This document shows positions 54,732 through 64,000 of a stretch of DNA of 64,000 nt, in pieces; position 1 is the first letter of the stretch; every line of letters starts with the position of its first letter. The position numbers were made by a program, and so were the translations under genes. Source of the stretch: Rickettsiales bacterium (GTDB lineage Bacteria; Pseudomonadota; Alphaproteobacteria; Rickettsiales; JABIRX01). The notes below the pieces were generated by a model. That model was given only the letters and a program-made list of their open reading frames with translations, had not been told where the DNA came from and did no database searches. The stretch covers positions 14,039 to 78,038 of the forward strand of contig JABJNB010000005.1 of assembly GCA_018659145.1 (NCBI GenBank), in the 5' to 3' direction.

Positions 54732-55709
54732 ATGGATAAGCAGAATTATATATTAGCATCATATAAAATTGATGGCAAGAGTGGCACAAAAAAACTGACA
54801 GAACCCCAAATCAGCAAAGCAATCAAAGCCAAAAATTTAGCCTGGGTTCATCTTGATGCCGAAAGTCCAGACACTCAAGATTGGTTGCATAAGGAAATAA
54901 GTTACTTAGATCCCTTTATCATAGAAGCCCTTTTAGCAGAAGAGACAAGACCCCGTATAACAGAAATAGGAGATGGTGCATTAATTATACTGCGAGGGGT
55001 GAATCTAAACAAAGATTCTTCACCAGAGGATATGGTATCTATTCGTATGTGGGTTGATAGCCATAGGATAATTAGCCTCCAAAAAAGGCAATTAAAGGCA
55101 ATTATTGAGATTGAAGAAAGCATTAAAAAAGGAAATGGCCCTAGAAATTCAGGCGAATTTCTATGCGATCTAATATCAAAATTATTTGAAAGAATAGAAG
55201 TAAAATTGCAGGCTTTAGAAGAATATGCTGATGATATAGAGGAGCAAATATTAGATAATCCAGATACATCTTGTAGAAAACATATTGTTACCGTTCGAAA
55301 ACAAGCCATTATGTATAAACGATATATGTCTCCTCAAAAAGATGTAATACTGTCCCTGCGCAACTCAGAAATTAAATGGTTAGATAATAACAACAAACGC
55401 CATATTCAGGAAAATTATGATCGCATTACTCGCTATGTTGAAGATTTAGATGCTATTAGAGAAAGATCTCAGATAGTTAAGGATGAGCTATCCAACATAT
55501 TATCAGATAAGCTGAATAAAAACATGTATATACTGTCTGTTATTGCGGCTATATTTCTACCTTTGGGATTCTTAACAGGATTACTTGGCATCAATGTGGG
55601 AGGAATACCAGGGGTTGATAATCCTCATGCTTTCTATATATTCTGTGGAATAACAACTATTATCGTTACTTTACAAATCATATTATTTAAGAGATTAAAA
55701 TGGTTCTAA
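54732..55709 (+). CDS. zntB: CorA-superfamily zinc transporter ZntB-like
   Basis: 325 aa. It has a cytoplasmic funnel domain, then two C-terminal TM segments flanking LTGLLGINVGGIPG, the GxN motif in its ZntB-type context. Confidence 0.7.
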   Translation: MDKQNYILASYKIDGKSGTKKLTEPQISKAIKAKNLAWVHLDAESPDTQDWLHKEISYLDPFIIEALLAEETRPRITEIGDGALIILRGVNLNKDSSPEDMVSIRMWVDSHRIISLQKRQLKAIIEIEESIKKGNGPRNSGEFLCDLISKLFERIEVKLQALEEYADDIEEQILDNPDTSCRKHIVTVRKQAIMYKRYMSPQKDVILSLRNSEIKWLDNNNKRHIQENYDRITRYVEDLDAIRERSQIVKDELSNILSDKLNKNMYILSVIAAIFLPLGFLTGLLGINVGGIPGVDNPHAFYIFCGITTIIVTLQIILFKRLKWF

Positions 55710-55720
55710 AAATATTTTGA

Positions 55721-55880
55721 GGCCTATCGCGAATCAAAATTGCAAAGATTTTTATTCTTAAGATCTTAAATTTTATGAAATATTTTTGTACAAATAGCCA
55801 AAGCTATTCGAAAAGAATATTTCATAACAATACATGTCTTTAGTGGTAAAGGCTTTCTAATTATATTACGACACAACCTG
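55721..55880. repeat. chimeric MITE-like element with a family C left end and a family B right end
   Basis: The left 50 bp or so, ggcctatcgcgaatcaaaattgcaaagatttttattcttaagatctt, matches C1/C2. The right 110 bp or so, ...gaaaagaatatttcataacaatacatgtctttagtggtaaaggctttctaattatattacgacacaacctg, is near-identical to B1. Confidence 0.75.
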
Positions 55881-55902
55881 TATTCTAAGCCCCTCTTAAA
55901 TA

Positions 55903-56901
55903 TCAGGTATAATATTCATCCATTAAATCTACAGTTTCAGATACAGCCTCAGGATCATTAAACGTTGCGATATGGAAGCTGGCATCACCTTCATTGACAA
56001 GAGGCATTTGAACTATTCCGATAATAATACCTGCTTTTCTTGAAATTATTTCGAATTTATTGATTCCAAATGGATCAGTGATGATACCAAGCACTTCATT
56101 TTCTTCTACCAAATCGCCTAAATGTTTTTTTGTTAATAAGATCCCACTATTAGTGGCCCTAGCCCAATAACTTGCTTTTGCTATAAAAGTGTCTTTCTTG
56201 CGCTTATTTATTAATGGCCTTAACATACCAATTTCTCGCATAACAGAAATAATTCCCTGAAAAGCAAATTTAATAACATTTTCATTATATCTAAGCGCCT
56301 CACCTCCTTCAAATAAAAGCATAGGTATTTTTAGATTTTTGGCCGCCTCCCTAAGAGATCCATCTTTTAAATCAGAATTAACTATTACAGGTGTGTTAAA
56401 AGCATGAGCTAACTGCTTTGTTTCTGGATCACTTAAACAAGCTCTTATTTGAGGCAAATTAGAGCGATGAATAGCCCCTGTATGCAAATCAATACCATGT
56501 GTTGATTTCGAAACGATCTCTTTCATAAACTGATAAGCTATATTGGAAGCAAGGGACCCTTTCTCTGAGCCAGGAAAACACCGATTTAAATCTCTTCTAT
56601 CAGGCAAATATCTTGATTTATTATTAAAGCCAAACACATTGACTATAGGTACTACGATCAAAGTTCCTTTAATAGAGTTAATAAGCTTTATTCCTAATAA
56701 CCGTCTTGCAACTTCTACGCCATTAATCTCATCTCCATGAATAGCCGCAGATACAAATAATGTAGGGCCTGGTTTTTTACCTCTAATAACCTCTACTGGC
56801 ATATACATCTCCGTAAAATCATAAAGCTTTGCTATTTCAAGATGTATTATTTTCCTATCGCCTGGCATGATTTGAACTCCGCCTATCTCTAAATTTTCCA
56901 T
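55903..56901 (-). CDS. succinylglutamate desuccinylase/aspartoacylase-family (M14-like) zinc hydrolase
   Basis: 332 aa. It has the zinc-ligand context AAIHGDEINGVEV, DLNRCFPG and GIDLHTG, typical of the AstE/AspA family. Its start lies 2 nt downstream of the rimK stop. Confidence 0.65.
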   Translation of the reverse strand: MENLEIGGVQIMPGDRKIIHLEIAKLYDFTEMYMPVEVIRGKKPGPTLFVSAAIHGDEINGVEVARRLLGIKLINSIKGTLIVVPIVNVFGFNNKSRYLPDRRDLNRCFPGSEKGSLASNIAYQFMKEIVSKSTHGIDLHTGAIHRSNLPQIRACLSDPETKQLAHAFNTPVIVNSDLKDGSLREAAKNLKIPMLLFEGGEALRYNENVIKFAFQGIISVMREIGMLRPLINKRKKDTFIAKASYWARATNSGILLTKKHLGDLVEENEVLGIITDPFGINKFEIISRKAGIIIGIVQMPLVNEGDASFHIATFNDPEAVSETVDLMDEYYT

Positions 56902-56903
56902 AA

Positions 56904-57809
56904 TTACCCCTTATTTATACGACTGTTTTTTCCAACTTTTACATCAGATTCCATAAATTCAATAATCTTTCCAGCTACATCTATTTTGGTACTAGACTCA
57001 ATACCTTTTAAACCAGGCGAAGAATTAACCTCCAATACCAAAGGTCCCCTCTTAGAACGTATTATATCTACCCCGGCCACTCGTAACCCCATTGCCTTTG
57101 TAGCAAGTATAGCCGTCTTTCTTTCTGCTGGGCTAATTTTTACAATGGACGCTGTGCCCCCACAATGCAAATTAGACCTAAACTCACCCTCTTCTCCCTG
57201 CCTCTTCATAGCAGCAATTACTTTATCCCCGATAACAAAACATCTAATATCGGCTCCACCTGCTTCTTTAATAAATTCTTGTACCAGGAAAAAAGTATCC
57301 AACCCTCTAAAGGCCTCTATTAAACTTTGAGCAGCCTTTTTAGTTTCAGCCAATATCACGCCTTTTCCCTGAGTCCCTTCCAACAACTTTAATATCAAAG
57401 GAGCCCCTCCAACCATATCAACTAATGAGTCAGTATTACTTGGTGCATGAGCAAAACCAGTTATTGGCATCCCAACGCCTTTCTGAGAGAATATCTGATG
57501 AGCGCGCAGCTTATCTCGTGACCGACTAATGGCCAAGGACTCATTTAGAGCATATACTCCCATCATTTCAAATTGCCTTAAAATTGCCGTTCCATAAAAT
57601 GTTATTGAAGCCCCTATCCTTGGTATTACAGCGTCAAATCTATTTAATACCTCTTTTTTATAGTGAACAGCTGGAGAGTTTGAAGAGCTATTCATAAAGC
57701 ATTTTAAAGTGTTAACCACTTGCACTTCATGACCTCGAGACTCTCCAGCCTCCTTTAAGCGCTCAGTAGAATATAGGCTTGGTTTTCTAGATAGAATACA
57801 TATTTTCAT
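56904..57809 (-). CDS. rimK: RimK-type ATP-grasp alpha-L-glutamate ligase
   Basis: 301 aa. [51 protein letters not shown] and [27 protein letters not shown]. Confidence 0.85.
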   Translation of the reverse strand: MKICILSRKPSLYSTERLKEAGESRGHEVQVVNTLKCFMNSSSNSPAVHYKKEVLNRFDAVIPRIGASITFYGTAILRQFEMMGVYALNESLAISRSRDKLRAHQIFSQKGVGMPITGFAHAPSNTDSLVDMVGGAPLILKLLEGTQGKGVILAETKKAAQSLIEAFRGLDTFFLVQEFIKEAGGADIRCFVIGDKVIAAMKRQGEEGEFRSNLHCGGTASIVKISPAERKTAILATKAMGLRVAGVDIIRSKRGPLVLEVNSSPGLKGIESSTKIDVAGKIIEFMESDVKVGKNSRINKG

Positions 57810-57827
57810 AATATTTTATAAAGTTGT

Positions 57828-58301
57828 TTATTTAGCTTTTGGAGCATAAAGGCTCTTAATTTGACCTTTATCAAGATTTCCTAATAGAAATTTCTCTCCT
57901 GGATTTATCATCACTTTTCCAACCATAGAGTTTCTACCTAATAACATATAACGAGTCATATATTTTCTGTTGGTAAGATTTAACTCTATTTCCCACTCTA
58001 GCTCTCCAACTTTTAAAGTAGTGAGTACAATTGGTCTATGCTCTTTCTCCCCATTTGAACTTTTTACCTGACGTTTTTCAACAAATGGAGCCTCGCAATG
58101 AACAATTATAGAGGATTTTTTTTCTAAAGGCAGAACATCAAAGCGTATATATTCTACTCCATCCTTATAAAAATGCTCAATATTTTCAGCATGAATAGAT
58201 GAAGTTTTTGCGCCCGTATCTACCTTAACTTTAATTGCAGGTATCATAAGATTGGGCAAAGATACCCATTCTTGCCATCCAATCGTAATATGCTTATTCA
58301 A
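57828..58301 (-). CDS. DUF785 retropepsin-like protein (RimB-type, annotated 'ATP-dependent zinc protease')
   Basis: 157 aa. GWQEWVSLPNLMIPAIKVKVDTGAKTSSIHA carries the DTGA aspartyl-protease-like motif characteristic of the RimK-associated DUF785 family. Confidence 0.6.
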   Translation of the reverse strand: MNKHITIGWQEWVSLPNLMIPAIKVKVDTGAKTSSIHAENIEHFYKDGVEYIRFDVLPLEKKSSIIVHCEAPFVEKRQVKSSNGEKEHRPIVLTTLKVGELEWEIELNLTNRKYMTRYMLLGRNSMVGKVMINPGEKFLLGNLDKGQIKSLYAPKAK

Positions 58302-58373
58302 TTATTATTCCCTACATTCATTAGCCTAGCTCCGTCTACTTATATATAGAGACAGCTATCTAAAAAAAATACT

Positions 58374-60829
<2,456 letters not shown>

Positions 60830-61951
60830 CTAAAATATATTCGCTATATCTTGTTGCAGATCACTAATACTATTTCTGACATTACTGATGCTATGCTTAG
60901 CCTGTATAATCTTAGATTTGTAGAAATTAACATCTATATTTTGATAACTTAAGCTAAATATACCAACTAAAATTAAGATAGAACATGAATTACTGAGCTT
61001 ATTAATAAGGCTAGATGAAAGCTTTTTCTTACTATGCTTTATATTTTCAACATATTTTACCCGATCTCTTGTTTTCGGATGTGAAGAAAATATAGTCATA
61101 TAACCAGATCCGCCTAGCATCGAAAGCGCTAAAGCCATTTCATTACCAGTACATGCAAGCGCGGCTTGTTTATCACAACGATATTCAATCTGCCGCCCCA
61201 AATGTAACTTTATGAAATTATAAATAGGATATACCACATAATTATAGAAAGAATGAATAAGTCTATTGGTAAGATTATGCAACAAGGATAGCAAACTATA
61301 AACTATCCTACCTATAAAAGGCGTCATTCTGGTCATGCGTATAAAAATATTAAAGAATATACGCATAATACCACTTACTAGGTTTATTGCTTTATCATTC
61401 ATGATAAGTAATAAAGCCGGTAGGTAATCCTTATTAATTACATGCGAGATTTCATGTGCCATAATAGCTTTAACACAGCTATGGAATTCCTCCTCTGAAT
61501 AACAATTATCTTGATAATGCTTAAGCAGACCAAAAGTTAGTACAATATATTTAGCTCTAAGGCACCCAACTGCAAAAGCATTAATCTCACCAGATTGTGA
61601 TATTAGTAATGTAATATTTGGAGATCTAAATTTCTTGCGTAATAGATGAAAATCTTCATCTATTTTTTTCATAAATTTATATTTCTTAAAATATTTGCGC
61701 GGTGCTTTAGCATCCCGAATCAAAGACCGAATCGAAAGGCCAAACATAAGATCAAGGGCTAGATATAACATCATCACAAATGAAATCAAAACAGCACAAG
61801 CAGATAAAAAATCCATTACAATAGCTATAAAACTCTGCTCATTTAATAAAATCAAGGGCGTAAATATTATAATAAAAGGGATAGTTAATATCAGAAAATT
61901 TATTACAGTTAATATATAAACAAGAATAATCGATAAAGGTTTAACAAACAT
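60830..61951 (-). CDS. membrane zinc metalloprotease, M48/HtpX-like
   Basis: 373 aa. It has N-terminal TM helices and an HExxH motif (MAHEISHVINKD). The family assignment beyond zincin is tentative. Confidence 0.5.
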   Translation of the reverse strand: MFVKPLSIILVYILTVINFLILTIPFIIIFTPLILLNEQSFIAIVMDFLSACAVLISFVMMLYLALDLMFGLSIRSLIRDAKAPRKYFKKYKFMKKIDEDFHLLRKKFRSPNITLLISQSGEINAFAVGCLRAKYIVLTFGLLKHYQDNCYSEEEFHSCVKAIMAHEISHVINKDYLPALLLIMNDKAINLVSGIMRIFFNIFIRMTRMTPFIGRIVYSLLSLLHNLTNRLIHSFYNYVVYPIYNFIKLHLGRQIEYRCDKQAALACTGNEMALALSMLGGSGYMTIFSSHPKTRDRVKYVENIKHSKKKLSSSLINKLSNSCSILILVGIFSLSYQNIDVNFYKSKIIQAKHSISNVRNSISDLQQDIANIF

Positions 61952-62041
61952 ATAAGATAGTTTTTAGTTCAGAGCTTGTTGCATAATAAATTATTAATCC
62001 TAATATTAGAGCCCATAATTATTACACAACTAAACTTTGTT

Positions 62042-62776
62042 ATGAAAAGACTTTTTATAATTTTCAATCTATTTATCATAATAAGTTGTAGCTCCAATTC
62101 TAATAATGATAAAGATGCTGACCTAAAATTATACAAAAAAGCCATTGCCTCCTTGACTGACAATAAATTTATTGCAGCCGCTGATCATTTACAAGAATTA
62201 GAAACTAACCACCCTTTTTCAACTTATATTGATGAGAGTGAAGTACTTTTAGCCTTCATAAAATTCACCAATAAAGATTATGAAGAATCTTATAATTATA
62301 CCGAGAAATTTATTAGATTACGTCCTGCTAATAAAAATGTGGCCTATATGTACTACCTTCGATCTCTTGCGCTGAACAAACAATCTAGCGATTACCTGCG
62401 CGAACAATCCACAACACTTCAAGCTCAACGATCTTTTAGAGAGTTATTAATCCGCTTCCCAAAAACAGATTATGCTAAAGATGCCACCATCAAGCTAAAT
62501 CATATAACCAATAAGTTATCTGCTCATGACATGGCTTTAGTTAGATTTTATGAAATACAAAAATTATATATAGCCGCCTTAAACGTTGTACAACGCACCT
62601 TAGCAGAATACCCTAATAGCCCATATAGCGCTGAAGCATCTTTTAGAGAAATAGAATTGTTAACAATCCTCGGACTCATTGATATTAGAGATGCTCAATT
62701 AACCAAGATGCTTACAAAATTCCCTGGTTCCAAATGGTCTATAGAAGCTAAAGCTATCTCAGTACACAACATCTAA
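62042..62776 (+). CDS. bamD: outer membrane protein assembly factor BamD (YfiO)
   Basis: From the ATG at 62042 the protein starts MKRLFIIFNLFIIISCSS, which is a lipobox. The TPR-like repeats are LYKKAIASLTDNKFIAAADHLQELETNHPFSTY and ...VAYMYYLRSLA. Confidence 0.75.
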   Translation: MKRLFIIFNLFIIISCSSNSNNDKDADLKLYKKAIASLTDNKFIAAADHLQELETNHPFSTYIDESEVLLAFIKFTNKDYEESYNYTEKFIRLRPANKNVAYMYYLRSLALNKQSSDYLREQSTTLQAQRSFRELLIRFPKTDYAKDATIKLNHITNKLSAHDMALVRFYEIQKLYIAALNVVQRTLAEYPNSPYSAEASFREIELLTILGLIDIRDAQLTKMLTKFPGSKWSIEAKAISVHNI

Positions 62777-64000
62777 TGCTCAAATATCTTAAAATTGAAA
62801 ACTTTCTTATCATTGAGAATCAAGAATTAAATTTCCATGATAATTACAATGTAATTATTGGTGAGACTGGATCAGGTAAATCAATTATTTTAAAAGCCCT
62901 TGCTTTTGTCTTGGGTAAAAGACTGGATGGAAAAATTATTCGCCCTGGGTGTAAAAAATCTACAATCTCTGCTGAATTCGATATTACAAAACATAGTCAT
63001 ACCATTAGAGAGCTTGCCAAATATGAGATAGATCATGATAATAGCATTATCATAAGAAGAATTATCAAAGATGATTCTAGTTCCAAAATATTTATCAATG
63101 GTCAAATTGTCTCAAATCAAATTGTCAAAAACATCTTTGATAACCTAATAGAAATACAAACGCAAAATGAGAAAAATAATCTATATGACAATAACTATAT
63201 TCTAAACCTCATTGATAATTTTCATGGATCTAAAGATTTAATCAAATCCGTAAAAACAATATTTCTTGAGCTTAAGAAATTAAAAGATCAGCTAGAACAA
63301 CTGCATGAACAATCAAAGAAAATCGAGATAGAAACACGATATTATACACAAATAATTGAAGACTTATCCCCTATTAATCCTACATCCGAAGAATTTGAAA
63401 CTCTAACTAAGAGATTACAAAATATTAAGCAATATTCTCATTATAAAAATTCACTACAAAAAATTTCACAGAACTTCAATAATGACAATGCTATTTTAAG
63501 CTTAATGAATGATAGCATAAAGGAGATCTACAATTTAAGAGAATATGATCAAGAATTTGTTGATAGTAAGAACACTGAATTATCAGAATTATTTGACTCT
63601 TTATCTGATTTGTCCTGCACCTTTGATGATAGGTTAAGTGACCTACTATCTGATAATGGCAATGAAGATGAAATGCGCGAAACTTTCTCGCAATATAAAA
63701 GCCTAGCACGAAAATATCGAACTAGCGAGCCGGCTTTAGAGTCAACGCTTATGGATGCTAAAGCTCAACTAGATCAGCTAGGCACTTTAGAAGAGCAAAT
63801 CACTTCTACCAACAGCAAAATTATTGAAGTCTCCACAGCATTCTTAAAACAAGCAGAGACTCTATCACTAAAGCGCCTGGAAACTGCAAAAACTATAGAA
63901 TCTAACATAAAAAACCACTTATCTAGCCTCAATATGCAAACGGCTGATATTAATATTAAAATTTCAAAACGAGGTGAACTAGATTGGAATATTTTTGGTA
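62776..64000 (+). CDS. recN: DNA repair protein RecN (N-terminal ~408 codons; continues beyond the window)
   Basis: My own translation from the ATG at 62776, which overlaps the bamD stop (TAATG), gives MLKYLKIENFLIIENQELNFHDNYNVIIGETGSGKSIILKALAFVLGKR. This is the SMC-type Walker A followed by coiled-coil. It is absent from the ORF track because there is no stop codon in the window. Confidence 0.85.
   Translation, partial: MLKYLKIENFLIIENQELNFHDNYNVIIGETGSGKSIILKALAFVLGKRLDGKIIRPGCKKSTISAEFDITKHSHTIRELAKYEIDHDNSIIIRRIIKDDSSSKIFINGQIVSNQIVKNIFDNLIEIQTQNEKNNLYDNNYILNLIDNFHGSKDLIKSVKTIFLELKKLKDQLEQLHEQSKKIEIETRYYTQIIEDLSPINPTSEEFETLTKRLQNIKQYSHYKNSLQKISQNFNNDNAILSLMNDSIKEIYNLREYDQEFVDSKNTELSELFDSLSDLSCTFDDRLSDLLSDNGNEDEMRETFSQYKSLARKYRTSEPALESTLMDAKAQLDQLGTLEEQITSTNSKIIEVSTAFLKQAETLSLKRLETAKTIESNIKNHLSSLNMQTADINIKISKRGELDWNIFG

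Noticed and set aside
54902-55309. 135-aa antisense ORF inside the zntB-like gene. The other track ORFs antisense to confident genes fall in the same class: 607..798, 4182..4508, 9339..9596, 10811..11038, 12279..12545, 12806..13024, 13859..14176, 20629..20901, 21762..22043, 23193..23462, 28123..28383, 38833..39123, 45147..45464, 50077..50370, 56986..57330
   Set aside because: All lie fully within strongly supported CDSs on the opposite strand and show antisense-type amino-acid composition. There is no independent evidence for them.
62890-63709. Minus-strand ORFs 62890..63105 and 63491..63709 listed in the track
   Set aside because: They lie inside the plus-strand recN reading frame, which has a clear SMC/RecN N-terminal Walker A motif and runs open to the window end.

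Overview
This is a gene-dense, AT-rich chromosomal segment that looks like it comes from a Rickettsiales/Holosporales-type alphaproteobacterium. The markers for that are a GapR/DUF2312 protein, a 483-aa Rickettsia-type isocitrate dehydrogenase, and an isolated virB8-virB9 pair. All product calls rest on motif recognition by eye; I ran no database searches.

Most of the window is housekeeping:
- lipid and LPS synthesis: kdsB, lpxB, fabD, fabG, acpP, fabF, plsC, psd, pssA
- TCA cycle: sucA, icd
- heme: hemC, hemD
- Tat export, serS, ligA, recN, bamD
- formaldehyde detoxification: frmA, frmB
- one tRNA-Lys(CTT)

The parts worth a second look are:
1. An eight-gene translationally chained operon on the minus strand, with a separate pilin gene just upstream. 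It encodes a type IV filament machine: GspE/PilB ATPase, PilC platform, a bitopic PilM/N-like protein, and PilO-like and PilP-like proteins. No secretin or prepilin peptidase is in the window. The chain runs straight on into an ABC ATPase, an orphan TrpD and a DedA protein.
2. A tandem array of four paralogous lipoprotein genes that share a two-cysteine domain I do not recognise.
3. A roughly 1,295-aa secreted cysteine-rich protein whose C-terminus resembles Sushi/CCP modules. It is followed directly by an N-terminally truncated ComEC.
4. At least five families of short palindromic, MITE-like repeats. One copy is inserted in frame in a large Fe-S flavoprotein gene, one is a nested insertion, and some copies are chimeric.
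5. An icd-virB8-virB9 chain and a DUF785-RimK-AstE-like cluster.

I saw no rRNA, CRISPR array, transposase or prophage genes.
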